Positions 10,937 through 23,225 of a DNA stretch of 32,000 nucleotides are shown here, one piece after another. Below the pieces are notes generated by a model. It was not told where the DNA came from. It saw nothing but the letters and a program-made list of their open reading frames with translations, and made no database searches. The stretch covers positions 450,001-482,000 of the forward strand of contig CP188086.1 in assembly GCA_049942765.1 (NCBI GenBank). Direction: 5' to 3'. The position numbers and the translations under genes were made by a program. Numbering within the stretch: position 1 is the stretch's first letter; every line of letters starts with the position of its first letter. The DNA comes from Candidatus Saccharimonadota bacterium. Lineage in GTDB: Bacteria; Pseudomonadota; Gammaproteobacteria; Enterobacterales; Enterobacteriaceae.

Positions 10937-11006
10937 ATATAATAACACCTATGACATTTTTAAATTTAATGTATATTTATTTGTTAATATAATATAATTA
11001 TAACAT

Positions 11007-11498
11007 CTATTTTTTTCTTCCAAAATAAAAAGTTACAACTAAAGCAGATAATAATAATAATGAAATCACTTCAAACAAACTCATATATGTACCAAATAAA
11101 GAGATACCTAATTGTTTAATAGAAATATATTGATTTAATCTAATAAATTTATTACCAAAAAAAGAAACAATATATGTTATCATTATTAAAAAAAATAAAG
11201 ATATAACAATTGGAGCAACCCATAGTGACGACTTCAACCAATATTCTTCCATACGTTCTGTTTTATCACCTAAATTCAACATCATAATTATAAATACAAA
11301 TAACACCATAATAGCACCTGCATATATAATAACTTCAATTACTCCAGAAAAAATTGCTCCTAATATAAAAAAAATAACAGATAAAGATAATATCGATATT
11401 ACCAAATATAATATAGCGTGCATAGGATTGGTATTAAAAACAACCAAAAACGTAGAAATTACTGCAATTACTCCAAATATATAGAATATTAATTCCAT
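11007..11498 (-). CDS. nuoJ: NADH-quinone oxidoreductase subunit J
   Basis: 163 aa. MELIFYIFGVIAVISTFLVVFNTNPMHAILYLVISIL matches E. coli MEFAFYICGLIAILATLRVITHTNPVHALLYLIISLL. It lacks the hydrophilic C-terminal tail of the E. coli protein. Confidence 0.93.
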   Translation of the reverse strand: MELIFYIFGVIAVISTFLVVFNTNPMHAILYLVISILSLSVIFFILGAIFSGVIEVIIYAGAIMVLFVFIIMMLNLGDKTERMEEYWLKSSLWVAPIVISLFFLIMITYIVSFFGNKFIRLNQYISIKQLGISLFGTYMSLFEVISLLLLSALVVTFYFGRKK

Positions 11499-11507
11499 TG
11501 ATTGACC

Positions 11508-12050
11508 CTATGGTAATAAAGTTTTAACGTCAATAGGTTTAACTTCGTGTTCTAAATCTCCAATGTTTTTATCTTTAATTGAAACTCCAGATACATGATA
11601 AAAATCATATTCTACATTTTTTCCACCATGTTTAATTAATAGATCTTCTTTTTCATATACCAAATTTTTTCTTATAGATTCCGATAACTCAAAATCTGAA
11701 CTTAATTGAATAGCCATTGTAGGACAAGCTTCTTCACACAAACCACAAAAAATACAACGAGAAAAATTAATTCGAAAAAAACGCGGGTAAGATCGACCAT
11801 CTTTTGATTCTGATTTTTGAACAGAAATACAACCGACAGGACATACTACTGAACATAAATTACATGCTACACATCGTTCTATACCATCAATATTAGAAGT
11901 TAATATGATACGACCTCGATAACGAGGAGTTAAATTTACTGCTTCTTCAGGATACATATTGGTTTCCCGTTTCGAAAACATATTTAAACCAACCATGACA
12001 AGACTACGTATTTGACTTATACAAAACAATATTAATTTTTTAAAAATCAT
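11508..12050 (-). CDS. nuoI: NADH-quinone oxidoreductase subunit I (2x[4Fe-4S] ferredoxin-type)
   Basis: Two CxxCxxCxxxCP clusters ([24 protein letters not shown]). Colinear with E. coli NuoI from MIFKKL.../MYPEE. to C-terminal [10 protein letters not shown]. The ATG at 12048-12050 fits the alignment and avoids overlap with nuoH; the track ORF extends to 12092. Confidence 0.93.
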   Translation of the reverse strand: MIFKKLILFCISQIRSLVMVGLNMFSKRETNMYPEEAVNLTPRYRGRIILTSNIDGIERCVACNLCSVVCPVGCISVQKSESKDGRSYPRFFRINFSRCIFCGLCEEACPTMAIQLSSDFELSESIRKNLVYEKEDLLIKHGGKNVEYDFYHVSGVSIKDKNIGDLEHEVKPIDVKTLLP

Positions 12051-12066
12051 ATAACATATCCTATCA

Positions 12067-13044
12067 TCATGATATATACAAAAGATAAGCAACTGTACTT
12101 AATAAATTCAATACAGTCAACGGAAAACAAACTGTCCATCCAAATAACATTATTTTATCATACCTAGGTCTAGGTAATGACGCTCGAATTAAAATAAACA
12201 GAAACACCAAACAAAAAACTTTAACTAAAAAACAAAAAAATGATGTAATACCAATTGGTCCATAAACACCACCTAAAAATAAAATAGTTATTAAAGATGA
12301 TATAGTAATAATAGAAAGATATTCTCCAATAAAAAATAAACCAAATTTTATACCAGAATATTCAATATGATAACCATCTGCTAACTCCTGTTCTGATTCA
12401 GGTTGATCAAATGGATGACGATGACATAATGCTAAACCTGCAACAAAAAATGTCATAAAACCCACAAACTGTGGAAATATATTCCATATAGCTCTTTGAC
12501 TATTCATAATATCAATCATATTGAATGATCCCGATCTAGCTACTACACCTAATAATGACATACCTAAAAAAACTTCATAACTTAAAGTTTGAGCAATTGA
12601 TCTAACAGCACCTAATAAAGCATACTTATTATTACTAGACCAACCTGCTAATAATACTCCATAAACTGATAAACCTGCCATCATTAAAAAAAACAACACA
12701 CCAATATCAAAATTAACAATTACGTAATTATAAAAAATTGGAATAATAGACATAACAATTAGTAAAGACACAAAGGAAATTATAGGTGCTAATACGAACA
12801 AAAACTTGTCACTAAACGGAGGTATCCAATCTTCTTTAAAAAAAATCTTAATCATATCAGCAAACAATTGTAAACAACCAAACTTCCCAACTCTATTGGG
12901 ACCATATCTATTTTGAAACAAAGCTAATAATTTTCTTTCTACTATACTCATTGCAGCACCAAATAATACTACTATGAACAAAAAAAACACTACTTGAATT
13001 ACACTTAAAGTGTGTACTACTACATCATATGATTGAATACTCAT
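12067..13044 (-). CDS. nuoH: NADH-quinone oxidoreductase subunit H
   Basis: 325-aa membrane ORF with ND1/NuoH signatures ([60 protein letters not shown]). 4-bp overlap with nuoG (13041-13044). Confidence 0.95.
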   Translation of the reverse strand: MSIQSYDVVVHTLSVIQVVFFLFIVVLFGAAMSIVERKLLALFQNRYGPNRVGKFGCLQLFADMIKIFFKEDWIPPFSDKFLFVLAPIISFVSLLIVMSIIPIFYNYVIVNFDIGVLFFLMMAGLSVYGVLLAGWSSNNKYALLGAVRSIAQTLSYEVFLGMSLLGVVARSGSFNMIDIMNSQRAIWNIFPQFVGFMTFFVAGLALCHRHPFDQPESEQELADGYHIEYSGIKFGLFFIGEYLSIITISSLITILFLGGVYGPIGITSFFCFLVKVFCLVFLFILIRASLPRPRYDKIMLFGWTVCFPLTVLNLLSTVAYLLYIS

Positions 13045-15779
13045 ATTTTATCCTTGCTCACACCATTAACTATTTGACCCAAAAGACATAATGGAACACC
13101 AGGAGTTCCTATTGGTATCCCTATATGACCATCTTGTAGAAAATTAGAATACTGTACAAACAATGAAAATTTTTCTTTTAAAAAATAAAAACAAATCATA
13201 TCCCCTGCTGAAAGAGTCAACTTATCTGCTTCATTTACATTTATAAAAGCAGGAAAAACAGATTTATGTGTTTTAATTATATCTGAATATTGTGATAATT
13301 CATCACTGCCAAAAAAATAATAATAAGGAACCACTACCCAATCAGATTGCTTAACTATACGATCACAAACATTTGAAAAATACTGCATATTTTTTGATTT
13401 ATTAATATTTATTAAACCACTATTTACATCAATATTATTCGTATTCACATCATGAACATCATTACATCTATGATATAGTTGAGAAGAATTTAATCCAGGA
13501 AACCAAGCAAATGGAATTAATCCTGAAGATTTATGTAATTGTGCACTACCTTCCATAGAAAAAGAAAACATAGTATGAATATCTTTTGGTTGACTAGGTT
13601 CATGAACACTAATTGATGAAAAAAATGATGTTCTACCACTAAATCTATGAGGTGATCGTGCAATTTTTTGACCACTAATACGAAATGACGAATCCGGAGC
13701 TGATTTTTTAATATTTTTTAAAAAAGGAAAATCTAAAATTAAAGCATCAATAATATTATCTAATGAATACCATGAAATAGCATTATCATATATTTTACAT
13801 CGAATCATATTTAACCAATACCAACTATCAAACAATACAAGTTTAGATCTGTAAAAACTAGGAACATAAACCTGAAAAAAACGTTGACTACGCAATTCAT
13901 TATTAATCACAGTACCTGAACTTTCAAAAAAATTAGTTGATGGTAACCCAATCTTTCCATGCTGATATGTATCAGTATTTTGATGATCTATAATAATAGT
14001 ATCTGAATGTTTAAAAATAAAATTCACTTGAGATCTTCTTAAAGACCGATATAAATCATGCTCTAATACAATTATTGTATTTTTTTTGCTAAAATCTAAT
14101 TGATTCAAAATATCTTCTATAGATATGTTACTTATTAATCCCACACCATAACTATTGACACTCGATGGTAATAGTAACATACCTACATCTATACCACGTT
14201 TACTTAAACTCAGAGCTACATTAAAAGCTGATTGAATTAATAATTGACTTCCAGAATGAGAACCAGAAATCACTAATGGTTTTTTAGAATTTAATAAAAC
14301 ATTAACTACATTTGTTACCAATTTAACTACAACAGAATTTAAAACACCAACAACACCAGGACATTTTGGATCTAACGTATTAGCAATAGACATAACAAAC
14401 TGAACTTGATTTATAATCGGAGCTTTATAATTAAATACAGCTACATCATCTAGTTTTGTTTCATCAACATGAGTAATAAATAAAGGATATTTTTCTTGAT
14501 TTTCTATATTAAAAATACCCATACTATTCCATGAATCAATTCCTTTAGACATTGACAAATGTACAGAATACTTTTTAACAGCCTGACGAACAGCCAAAGC
14601 AACACAAGGTGATGTTTGAACTAAATCTTCTCCAAAAACAACTATAGCATCATAATCTTCTATTTCCTTTAGACTAGGATTTTTAATACCACAATTTTGT
14701 AAAATATTTAATGAAGTTTGAATGCAATTATTTTCAACTGTAGTCATTCCATTAGAAAAATTAGATTGACCTACTAATTTTTGCAAAGAATAATTACTTT
14801 CCATACTAGCTCTAGAGGAACCAATACCTATAACTCTATCCGAATCTTTCATCTTATCAATGATAGATATTAATATTTGATCACAAGAAATGTTAGATGT
14901 ATAATCTAGATCTTTGTTAAATATATGTATTTTTTGAGGACGATTTTTAACATTAGAAAATCCATAACTAAAACGACCGCGATCACATAAAAAATAATTA
15001 TTTATACTTCTATGATATCGATTTTCAATCTTCCTTATAAATCCACCCCGTTCACCTACACTAATATTGCAACCAATACTACAATGTTGACATACACTAG
15101 GTCCATATTGCATATCCCATTTTCTAGAATAATTTTGAAAATTAGACTTATCTGTAAAAACACCAGTTGGACATACTTCTATTAAATTACCTGAATATTC
15201 ATTTTCTAAACACCCTGATTCAACTCGACCAAAATATAAATTTGAACTTACACCATACACACCAAAATCTGTTCCATCAGCATAATTTTTATAAAATCGA
15301 ATACAACGATAACAACTTATACAACGATTCATATTGTGGGAAATAAATGGACCTAAATATTGATTTAAATGAGTTCTTTTAGAAAAACGATATCTTCGAT
15401 TTACATAACCATTCATAACTATCATATCTTGAAGATGACAATTACCACCTTCATCACATACTGGACAATCATGTGGATGATTAATCATTAATAATTCTGA
15501 AATATTCTTTCTAAAAGCAACAACTTCTTGATCTTGTACTGATAATATTAAATTATCTATTACCGAAGTCATACAAGACATAACTAATCTTCCCTTTTGA
15601 TCATCTTTCCCTTGATACAACTTAACAGCACATTGACGACATGATCCTACACTGCCCAATGCAGGATGCCAACAAAAATATGGTATATTAATACCAATAG
15701 ACAAACAAGCATGTAACAAATTATTTAAATGTCTTGTATTATGTAATTCATATTTTTTACCATCTACTACAATTATCAT
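13041..15779 (-). CDS. nuoG: NADH-quinone oxidoreductase subunit G (Fe-S, molybdopterin-oxidoreductase-like)
   Basis: 912 aa. N-terminal 2Fe-2S ligands ([17 protein letters not shown]), [29 protein letters not shown]...CPTGVF and CQHCSIGCN cluster motifs. Length and order as in E. coli NuoG. Confidence 0.95.
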   Translation of the reverse strand: MIIVVDGKKYELHNTRHLNNLLHACLSIGINIPYFCWHPALGSVGSCRQCAVKLYQGKDDQKGRLVMSCMTSVIDNLILSVQDQEVVAFRKNISELLMINHPHDCPVCDEGGNCHLQDMIVMNGYVNRRYRFSKRTHLNQYLGPFISHNMNRCISCYRCIRFYKNYADGTDFGVYGVSSNLYFGRVESGCLENEYSGNLIEVCPTGVFTDKSNFQNYSRKWDMQYGPSVCQHCSIGCNISVGERGGFIRKIENRYHRSINNYFLCDRGRFSYGFSNVKNRPQKIHIFNKDLDYTSNISCDQILISIIDKMKDSDRVIGIGSSRASMESNYSLQKLVGQSNFSNGMTTVENNCIQTSLNILQNCGIKNPSLKEIEDYDAIVVFGEDLVQTSPCVALAVRQAVKKYSVHLSMSKGIDSWNSMGIFNIENQEKYPLFITHVDETKLDDVAVFNYKAPIINQVQFVMSIANTLDPKCPGVVGVLNSVVVKLVTNVVNVLLNSKKPLVISGSHSGSQLLIQSAFNVALSLSKRGIDVGMLLLPSSVNSYGVGLISNISIEDILNQLDFSKKNTIIVLEHDLYRSLRRSQVNFIFKHSDTIIIDHQNTDTYQHGKIGLPSTNFFESSGTVINNELRSQRFFQVYVPSFYRSKLVLFDSWYWLNMIRCKIYDNAISWYSLDNIIDALILDFPFLKNIKKSAPDSSFRISGQKIARSPHRFSGRTSFFSSISVHEPSQPKDIHTMFSFSMEGSAQLHKSSGLIPFAWFPGLNSSQLYHRCNDVHDVNTNNIDVNSGLININKSKNMQYFSNVCDRIVKQSDWVVVPYYYFFGSDELSQYSDIIKTHKSVFPAFINVNEADKLTLSAGDMICFYFLKEKFSLFVQYSNFLQDGHIGIPIGTPGVPLCLLGQIVNGVSKDKI

Positions 15780-15937
15780 TATTTATTCAATCCATAATTA
15801 ATAGACAACTCATAATTAACATTGCATATATAAAAATATATAATATCAATTTCTTATAACAAATAATATCAAAAATATTTCGAAAAAACATAAAAACAAT
15901 TAAAAAATTTCACTTAATTAATTACAATTATTAATGA

Positions 15938-17212
15938 TCATGACACACCATCTTCAAATTCTGATCTAAAATATTGCATAGCACTTTTTAATGGCATTAC
16001 TGCACCTGGAGCATGTGCACAAAATGTATTACCAGGGCTTAAATATCCACATAGTTCTTCCAATAACGTAATATCTGTTTTTCTACCACATTTAGATAAT
16101 ATATCATCTAAAATTTTCACCACCCAAGGTAAACCATCTCGACAGGGAGTACATAAACCACATGATTCTCTGGAAAAAAATTCTTCTATATTCCTTACTA
16201 AAGACACTATATTAATAGTATTGTCTACGACCATTGCTACTCCTGTACCAAAACGACTTCCAATTGAAGAAACATTAAAAAAATCCATCGATATATCTAA
16301 ATGATCCACAGTAAGAAAACCAGTACTAGCTCCACCTGGAAGCCAAGCTTTAAGTATACAACCATCTTTCATGCCACCAGCATATTTTTCTAATAATTCA
16401 CGTGCAGAAATACCAAAAGGTAACTCCCATACACCAGGATTGTTGACCATACCAGAAAAACCCATCATTTTAGTACCACTATCTTTACTATTAGATAAAC
16501 CATGATACCAATCAACTCCATTTAACATAATAGAAGGAATATTAGATAAAGTTTCAACATTATTAACACAAGTAGGTTTCCCCCACAAACCAACAGTTGC
16601 AGGAAAAGGAGGTTTGAATCTAGGATTTGCTCGACGACCTTCCAAAGAATTAATCAATGCAGTTTCTTCTCCACATATATATCTACCAGCTCCAGTATGA
16701 ACATATAAATTAAAACTAAAATTACTGTGCATAATATTTTGACCTAAGTACTGGTAATTATAAGCTTCCAATATAGCTCTCTTTAACACTCTTTCTGCTT
16801 CAATATACTCACCTCTCAAAAAAATGTATCCACAAGTAGCTTGCACTGCAAATGCTGCAATAATCATACCTTCAATTAACTGATGAGGTACTTGTTCCAT
16901 TAATACACGATCTTTAAAAGTACCTGGTTCCATTTCATCGGCATTACATAACAAATAACGTTCTTCTGAAGATAATACATTAAGCATTAAACCCCACTTT
17001 ATTCCAGTTAAAAAACCAGCACCTCCTCTACCTTTTAAACCTGATTTTGTTACTACATTTACTACATCAGTAGATGACATATCTTTTAATACTTTTTTTA
17101 AAGCTAGATAACCATTTTTATTAATGTAATCTTCCATCCATATAATTTGATCACGATGCTGAAACCACCATGTTAATGGATGCGTTTCTGCATATTTTTT
17201 TGTAATACTCAT
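15938..17212 (-). CDS. nuoF: NADH-quinone oxidoreductase subunit F (NADH/FMN-binding)
   Basis: 424 aa, strongly similar to E. coli NuoF ([72 protein letters not shown]). About 20 residues shorter than E. coli at the C-terminus. ATGA overlap with the nuoE stop (17209-17212). Confidence 0.96.
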   Translation of the reverse strand: MSITKKYAETHPLTWWFQHRDQIIWMEDYINKNGYLALKKVLKDMSSTDVVNVVTKSGLKGRGGAGFLTGIKWGLMLNVLSSEERYLLCNADEMEPGTFKDRVLMEQVPHQLIEGMIIAAFAVQATCGYIFLRGEYIEAERVLKRAILEAYNYQYLGQNIMHSNFSFNLYVHTGAGRYICGEETALINSLEGRRANPRFKPPFPATVGLWGKPTCVNNVETLSNIPSIMLNGVDWYHGLSNSKDSGTKMMGFSGMVNNPGVWELPFGISARELLEKYAGGMKDGCILKAWLPGGASTGFLTVDHLDISMDFFNVSSIGSRFGTGVAMVVDNTINIVSLVRNIEEFFSRESCGLCTPCRDGLPWVVKILDDILSKCGRKTDITLLEELCGYLSPGNTFCAHAPGAVMPLKSAMQYFRSEFEDGVS

Positions 17213-17736
17213 AAATATTTCTCCAATAAATTAAGTATCTTCTCTACGGTTAAATTACAATGAGTATCTTCATTAATCATTACTACTGGTGAACGATCAC
17301 AACAACCCAAACAACAAGCAGGTAATAAAGTAAATCGATTATCTATAGTGGTTTCACCTGAATTAATACGTAATTTCTGTTCTAATGCACATTTAATCTT
17401 AAAATAACCTGTTACATAACACACCATACTATCACAATATTTTATTATATTACGACCAACTGGTTGTCTATAAATGTTACTATAAAATGTAGCAACTTCT
17501 TCTAAATCACTAGATGATATATTTAAAAATTTAGCAATAGCATGTATTGCATCTGTAGAAATCCAACCCCTATATTTTTGTACAATTTTTAATGCTTCAA
17601 CAGAAGCAGCACGAGATTGCTTATATTGTAATTTTTGTTCTTGAATTTTTTCTCTTTCAACTTGAGTCAATGTAAATACTGTATTAATTAATCTATTCAT
17701 ATCTTTTTTTTTATACATGAAATTATCGATCCACAT
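17209..17736 (-). CDS. nuoE: NADH-quinone oxidoreductase subunit E (2Fe-2S)
   Basis: [37 protein letters not shown]. and [12 protein letters not shown] match E. coli NuoE. The start is ambiguous. The ATG at 17734-17736 overlaps the nuoCD end by 14 nt. In-frame ATGs at 17716-17718 (MYKKKD...) and 6 codons further downstream fit the E. coli length about equally well. Confidence 0.92.
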   Translation of the reverse strand: MWIDNFMYKKKDMNRLINTVFTLTQVEREKIQEQKLQYKQSRAASVEALKIVQKYRGWISTDAIHAIAKFLNISSSDLEEVATFYSNIYRQPVGRNIIKYCDSMVCYVTGYFKIKCALEQKLRINSGETTIDNRFTLLPACCLGCCDRSPVVMINEDTHCNLTVEKILNLLEKYL

Positions 17737-19522
17737 CAGACATTACAAAATCAATACTACCTAAATACACTATTAAATCTGAGATTAAACTACCACGAAT
17801 TACAGAAGGAATTTGCTGTAAATGCAAAAAACTAGGAGTTCTTATTCTAGTTCTATAACTCATTGTACTACCATCACTAATTAAATAGTAACTATTTATA
17901 CCCTTAGTAGCTTCAACCATTTGAAAACTTTCATTAGCTGGTATTACTGGCCCCCATGAAACATGTAAAAAATGTGTAATCATGGTTTCAATATTTTTTA
18001 ATACATTATTTTTATCAGGTGGTGTAGTTAACGGATGATTTGCTTTAAAATTTCCTAATGGCATATTTAATAAACATTGTTTTAAAATCTTCAAACTTTG
18101 TCTAATTTCTTCTACTTTTAACATAACTCGTGTATAAGAATCACTTACACCATCCCCTATAGGTATTTCAAAATTAAAATTCTCATACCCAGAATAAGGT
18201 CTCATTTTTCTTACGTCAAAATCAACTCCAGTGGCTCTTAATCCAGCTCCAGTTACCCCCCATAACAATGCTTCTATTTTATTATAAGAACCTATACCTT
18301 TAGTACGAGATACTAAAATGCTATTTTTTAAAGCTGAATTAACATAAAAATCTAATCGAGAAGGCATCCAATTTAAAAATTTCTTTAATAAAATATCCCA
18401 TCTCTTAGGCAAATCATCTGCTAATCCTCCAATTCTAAACCAAGCAGGATGCATTCTGGCACCAGTAATCAACTCAATTAAATCATAAATTTTTTGTCTA
18501 TCTGTAAAAGCTAAAAACACTGGAGTCATTAAACCAACATCTTGAATAAAAGTAGCAATATATAATAAATGACTATTAATTCTAAATAACTCTGACAACA
18601 TAATTCTAATAACTTGTACTTTCTCTGGTACAATAATTCCAGCTAATTTTTCTATAGCTAAAATATATGGCATTTCGTTAATACAACCACCCAAATATTC
18701 AATTCGATCAGTGTAAGGAATATAAGTATGCCAAGTTTGTCTTTCACCCATTTTTTCAGCACCACGATGGTGGTATCCTATATCAGGAACACAATCAATT
18801 ATTTTTTCTCCATGTAATTGCAAAACAATTCTAAAAACCCCGTGCGAAGATGGATGGTTAGGTCCTATATTTAAGAACATAAAATCAGAGTTTTTACTTG
18901 TTCTTGACATGCCCCAATCTTCAGGTTTAAAAGTTAATGACGACATTTCTTTATCTTGTCTATCTTTATTCCAAACCATAGGATCAAATTCTGTTGCTCT
19001 AGCAGGATAGTCTTTACGTAAAGGATGCCCTTCCCAAGTTACCGGCATAATTAAACGAGATAAATGTGGATGCCCAGTAAATTTAATTCCGAACATATCC
19101 CATACTTCCCTTTCATACCAATTAGCATTAGGAAATATGTTCACTAATGTAGGAACTGATAAATTATTTTCCAATAAACCAACTTTCAATATACAATCAC
19201 TGTTTCTACTCATAGATAATAAATGATAAAAAACTGTGAAATGAACATTAGGTAACCCAGAACGATACACACGACAACGTTCATCAATGCCATGTAAGTC
19301 AAATAACATATTGTAAGGTTCAACTCTATTACGCAAATATGTTATAACAGACAATAAAATATTACGTGATATCCAAATAACAGGACAACCTATCTTAGTA
19401 GACTGAATAATAAGTTCATGCCCTTGAAAATAAGACAACAATTCATTAATAATGAAATTATCTGAATTGCAATCATATTGATCCAATGATAAACTGCTTT
19501 TTTTATAAATTTTATTTGTCAT
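17723..19522 (-). CDS. nuoC: NADH-quinone oxidoreductase fused subunit C/D
   Basis: 599-aa single ORF containing both the 30-kDa (NuoC; [18 protein letters not shown]) and 49-kDa (NuoD; [19 protein letters not shown]-terminal [12 protein letters not shown]) modules. This is the fusion seen in E. coli and relatives. Confidence 0.96.
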   Translation of the reverse strand: MTNKIYKKSSLSLDQYDCNSDNFIINELLSYFQGHELIIQSTKIGCPVIWISRNILLSVITYLRNRVEPYNMLFDLHGIDERCRVYRSGLPNVHFTVFYHLLSMSRNSDCILKVGLLENNLSVPTLVNIFPNANWYEREVWDMFGIKFTGHPHLSRLIMPVTWEGHPLRKDYPARATEFDPMVWNKDRQDKEMSSLTFKPEDWGMSRTSKNSDFMFLNIGPNHPSSHGVFRIVLQLHGEKIIDCVPDIGYHHRGAEKMGERQTWHTYIPYTDRIEYLGGCINEMPYILAIEKLAGIIVPEKVQVIRIMLSELFRINSHLLYIATFIQDVGLMTPVFLAFTDRQKIYDLIELITGARMHPAWFRIGGLADDLPKRWDILLKKFLNWMPSRLDFYVNSALKNSILVSRTKGIGSYNKIEALLWGVTGAGLRATGVDFDVRKMRPYSGYENFNFEIPIGDGVSDSYTRVMLKVEEIRQSLKILKQCLLNMPLGNFKANHPLTTPPDKNNVLKNIETMITHFLHVSWGPVIPANESFQMVEATKGINSYYLISDGSTMSYRTRIRTPSFLHLQQIPSVIRGSLISDLIVYLGSIDFVMSDVDR

Positions 19523-19633
19523 TAATTATTCATCTTAAATGTTTTATAAAAGAATTACTTAAATACATCTAACAAAATTTAAATTTAATGGTTGTTAACA
19601 ATACATCAACTGATGTTATATTTACTATAAATA

Positions 19634-20296
19634 TCAAATACACGTTGTTTCTATATTAATCATTTTATTAACTCTTGTTATCTTTTTAGCATCTACAGAT
19701 CCATTTTTGTGTATCTTTTGATCTCCAATCATCCATGATAATGGTCTTCTTTCCTTACTAATATTCTCTTGAAGAAGCATCAATGCTTCAATATATGACT
19801 CTGGTCTAGGTGGACATCCAGGAATATATACATCTACTGGCAAAATCTTATCTATACCTTGTAAAACAGAATAAATATCATACATTCCACCAGAATTTGC
19901 ACAAGCCCCCATAGAAATCACCCACTTAGGTTCTAACATTTGATCATATAAACATTTTATTACTGGAATCATTTTTATAAATGGTGTACCTGCAATTACC
20001 ATGAAATCTGCTTGTCGTGGTGATGCTCTCAATACTTCTGAACCAAAACGACTGACATCATGAACAGCTGTGAATGCACTAACCATTTCAACATAACAAC
20101 ACGATAAGCCAAAATTATATGGCCATAAAGAATGTTTACGACCCCAATTTACTAATTTATGTAAAACTGTGCTAACTTTACCCATAAATACATGATTTTG
20201 AAATATTTTTTTTAAAAAATTATTAGAACTATCATTTAATTCTACTTTATCTTGAATACCGTCTTGTTTATCAACCGGTGTTAATGTATAATTCAT
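19634..20296 (-). CDS. nuoB: NADH-quinone oxidoreductase subunit B (N2 [4Fe-4S])
   Basis: [11 protein letters not shown]... matches E. coli MDYTLTRIDPN. The following block is almost identical: [41 protein letters not shown]...[52 protein letters not shown]. The track ORF extends 18 codons upstream (to 20350), but the alignment supports the ATG at 20294-20296. Confidence 0.95.
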   Translation of the reverse strand: MNYTLTPVDKQDGIQDKVELNDSSNNFLKKIFQNHVFMGKVSTVLHKLVNWGRKHSLWPYNFGLSCCYVEMVSAFTAVHDVSRFGSEVLRASPRQADFMVIAGTPFIKMIPVIKCLYDQMLEPKWVISMGACANSGGMYDIYSVLQGIDKILPVDVYIPGCPPRPESYIEALMLLQENISKERRPLSWMIGDQKIHKNGSVDAKKITRVNKMINIETTCI

Positions 20297-20408
20297 TATA
20301 TTTTTCCATACAGTTAAGAAAAATACACTAGTAATACTATAGAGTAACAATTATTAATGTATTTAAAAATTTCTTATTATATTTATTGTACTATATTTAA
20401 TTATATTT

Positions 20409-20837
20409 CTAATCTTCAGATATCCAATTTAAACCATTTAATCGGATTAAATACAGCAAACCCAACATTAATTCAATTATGAATACAACAATTTCATAAA
20501 ATCCAATCCATTGAGTTTCATATATAGTACTAATCCAACCATATAAATAAGCTATTTCAACATCAAAAATTACAAAAAACATCGCTATTAAATAAAATTT
20601 AATAGAAAATCGAAGATGTGAACCACCACAAGATAATATTCCAGATTCAAAAGGAACATTCTTATATTGACCTCTAGATTTACCTCCTAACACCCAACCA
20701 AAAAATAACATTACAATACACACTACCAAACTTAACATACAAAATATAATAAAAGGTAAATATATCTCACTAAAACTTTGGTTCATATCCGATGTATTCC
20801 CAGTCATTAAAAATATAATTTTTTGCTTATTAATCAT
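20409..20837 (-). CDS. nuoA: NADH-quinone oxidoreductase subunit A
   Basis: KNVPFESGI...R.S.KFYL.AMFFVIFDVE..YL. matches E. coli NuoA. First gene of the operon. The true start may be an internal ATG (20805-20807 or 20784-20786), since the full ORF has about 13 more N-terminal residues than E. coli before the conserved core. No clear SD at any candidate. Confidence 0.9.
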   Translation of the reverse strand: MINKQKIIFLMTGNTSDMNQSFSEIYLPFIIFCMLSLVVCIVMLFFGWVLGGKSRGQYKNVPFESGILSCGGSHLRFSIKFYLIAMFFVIFDVEIAYLYGWISTIYETQWIGFYEIVVFIIELMLGLLYLIRLNGLNWISED

Positions 20838-21048
20838 TTTTTTTACAAAAAATGTTTGTACATAAAAAATATATTATAACATATGGAAATAAATCTTTAT
20901 AAAACAATTTATTAGTATATTCTATGATCTTATATCAAATAATAAATTGATTTTTTGATAAAAATAATTAATTATCTATTATATACATTGAAATTATATT
21001 TTATATATCATTCATATTTACATTATAATCCAGTATTTTTTTACTTTG

Positions 21049-21079
21049 CCCTTGATGAGAGATAAAAAGCCCCCATTTA
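21049..21079 (+). promoter_or_regulatory. Sigma-32 (RpoH) heat-shock promoter of dnaK-dnaJ
   Basis: CCCTTGAT (21049-21056), a 14-nt spacer (GAGAGATAAAAAGC), then CCCCATTTA (21071-21079). Matches the sigma-32 consensus (CCCTTGAA - 13-15 nt - CCCCATnT). As I recall it, E. coli dnaK P1 is CCCTTGATGACGTGGTTTACGACCCCATTTA, with the same 14-nt spacing. It is a conspicuous G+C island in an otherwise nearly pure A+T spacer, about 130 nt upstream of the dnaK ATG. Confidence 0.85.
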
Positions 21080-21209
21080 ATTGATATTCAGTAATTTTTT
21101 TTAATTAGGAACAACACCTATTTTATCTAAATAAAACACTAGTTAGATAACATATAAAATAATCTGTTTTCTTTGAAAATAAACAAAGTATCCCTAAAGG
21201 AGATATTCC

Positions 21210-23126
21210 ATGGGTAAAATTATAGGTATAGATTTAGGTACAACTAATTCCTGTATTGCTATTATGGATGGAAACCAAGCAAAGGTGTTAGAAAATGCAG
21301 AGGGAGATCGAACCACACCATCCATTATTGCTTATACTAAAGAAGGAGAAATATTAGTCGGACAACCTGCTAAACGTCAAGCTATTACTAATCCTCATAA
21401 TACATTATTTGCAATTAAAAGATTAATAGGTAGAAGATTTAAAGATGAAGAAGTACAACGTGATATTAAAATAATGCCATATAAAATTGTTGAATCTGAT
21501 AATGGTGACGCATGGATTAACGTAAAAAATAAAAAAATAGCCCCACCTCAAATATCTGCAGAAGTTTTAAAAAAAATGAAAAAAACAGCAGAAGATTATT
21601 TAGGTGAAACTATTACAGAAGCTGTTATCACCGTACCTGCCTATTTCAATGATTCTCAACGACAAGCTACTAAAGATGCCGGAAAAATTGCAGGGATGAA
21701 TATTAAAAGAATAATCAATGAACCAACAGCTGCTGCATTAGCTTATGGTTTAGATAAGGATAGTGGAAATCGAACAATTGCTGTATATGATCTAGGAGGT
21801 GGTACTTTTGATATTTCCATCATAGAAATAGATGATGTTGACAAAGAAAAAACTTTTGAAGTTCTATCTACCAATGGTGATACCCATTTAGGAGGAGAGG
21901 ATTTTGATAGTAGATTGATTAATTATTTAGTACAAGAATTTCAAAAAGAACAAGGAATGGATCTTAGAAATGATGCACTAGCTATGCAACGACTTAAAGA
22001 AGCAGCAGAAAAAGCTAAAATAGAACTATCAACAACTCAACAAACTGACGTAAATTTACCATATATTACTGCTGATTCTTCAGGTCCAAAACATTTAAAC
22101 ATTAAAGTAACACGATCAAAATTAGAATCTCTAGTTGAAGATCTAGTTGATCGTTCAATTGAACCTTTAAAAACTGCTTTAAATGATGCCAATCTAAAAA
22201 TATCCGATATTAATGATATCATTTTAGTTGGTGGACAAACTAGAATGCCATTAGTACAAAATAAAGTAGCTCAATTTTTTGGAAAAGAACCAAGAAAGGA
22301 CGTTAATCCAGATGAAGCTGTTGCTGTCGGTGCTGCAGTACAAGGTGGTGTATTGTCAGGAGAAGTAAAAGACGTATTATTATTAGATGTAACACCATTA
22401 TCTTTAGGTATTGAAACAATGGGTGGAGTAATGACTCCATTAATTAATAAAAATACTACAATTCCCACAAAACATAGTCAAATATTTTCTACAGCAGAAG
22501 ATAATCAATCTGCTGTTACCATACATGTTTTACAAGGAGAAAGAAAAAGATCTTCTGACAATAAATCTCTTGGACAATTTAATTTAGATGGAATACAACC
22601 TGCACCAAGAGGAACAGCTCAAATAGAAGTTACTTTTGACATTGATGCTGACGGAATATTGCATGTATCAGCTAAAGATAAAAACACTGGAAAAGAACAA
22701 AAAATTACTATCAAAGCTTCTTCAGGTTTAAATGAAAATGAAATAAAAAAAATGGTATCAGATGCAGAAAAAAATGCAGAATCAGATAAAGAATTTGAAC
22801 AATTAATTCAAATTAGAAATCAAGGAGATCAAATTTCACATAGTACCAAAAAACAATTAAAAGAACATGGAAAATCACTACAAACTCAAGACAAAAACAA
22901 TATCCAAAATGCTATCGATCATTTAGACAAGTCTCTACAGGGTGAAAACAAAACAGAAATTGAAACAAACATACAAAATTTATTAAAAGTATCTTCAAAA
23001 TTAATGGAACATATAAAACAAAACAACAACTCTAATAATAATGATTCAAATAATCAAACATCACAAAAATCAGAAGATAATGTTGTAGATGCAGAATTTG
23101 AAGAGGTTAAAGACCCTAAAAAATAA
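21210..23126 (+). CDS. dnaK: Molecular chaperone DnaK (Hsp70)
   Basis: 638 aa. [69 protein letters not shown] and C-terminal [18 protein letters not shown] at 21197-21203. Confidence 0.98.
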   Translation: MGKIIGIDLGTTNSCIAIMDGNQAKVLENAEGDRTTPSIIAYTKEGEILVGQPAKRQAITNPHNTLFAIKRLIGRRFKDEEVQRDIKIMPYKIVESDNGDAWINVKNKKIAPPQISAEVLKKMKKTAEDYLGETITEAVITVPAYFNDSQRQATKDAGKIAGMNIKRIINEPTAAALAYGLDKDSGNRTIAVYDLGGGTFDISIIEIDDVDKEKTFEVLSTNGDTHLGGEDFDSRLINYLVQEFQKEQGMDLRNDALAMQRLKEAAEKAKIELSTTQQTDVNLPYITADSSGPKHLNIKVTRSKLESLVEDLVDRSIEPLKTALNDANLKISDINDIILVGGQTRMPLVQNKVAQFFGKEPRKDVNPDEAVAVGAAVQGGVLSGEVKDVLLLDVTPLSLGIETMGGVMTPLINKNTTIPTKHSQIFSTAEDNQSAVTIHVLQGERKRSSDNKSLGQFNLDGIQPAPRGTAQIEVTFDIDADGILHVSAKDKNTGKEQKITIKASSGLNENEIKKMVSDAEKNAESDKEFEQLIQIRNQGDQISHSTKKQLKEHGKSLQTQDKNNIQNAIDHLDKSLQGENKTEIETNIQNLLKVSSKLMEHIKQNNNSNNNDSNNQTSQKSEDNVVDAEFEEVKDPKK

Positions 23127-23172
23127 CCAAATTTTCATTGAAAAATATAATTAGACATGATTGTCCATGACC

Positions 23173-23200
23173 ATTTACGGGGAGAATTACCCCCGTGAAT
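23173..23200 (+). other. GC-rich stem-loop in the dnaK-dnaJ intergenic spacer
   Basis: ATTTACGGGG (23173-23182) pairs with CCCCGTGAAT (23191-23200). This gives 10 bp including one G-U pair, a core of ACGGGG/CCCCGT, and an 8-nt loop AGAATTAC. It lies 47 nt after the dnaK stop and 26 nt before the dnaJ ATG. Only a weak T-rich tract follows (GTATTTTATA). Confidence 0.7.
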
Positions 23201-23225
23201 GTATTTTATAAGCAGGAAGAGTACA

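Noticed and set aside
20955-20985. Sigma-70-like TTGATA - 17 nt - ATTATA hexamers upstream of the dnaK heat-shock promoter
   Set aside because: -10-like and -35-like hexamers occur every few dozen bases in DNA this AT-rich. They cannot be distinguished from background without 5'-end data.
21123-21150. Inverted repeat TTATCTAA...TTAGATAA in the predicted dnaK 5' UTR
   Set aside because: 8-bp, almost all-A/T arms with a 12-nt spacer. This is expected by chance in sequence of this composition, and nothing else supports a thermosensor or operator.
22037-22468. Two ORFs (61 and 65 aa) antisense to dnaK
   Set aside because: Both lie inside the best-conserved gene in the window, on the opposite strand. 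Antisense frames of Hsp70 genes are known to stay open by codon-composition artefact.
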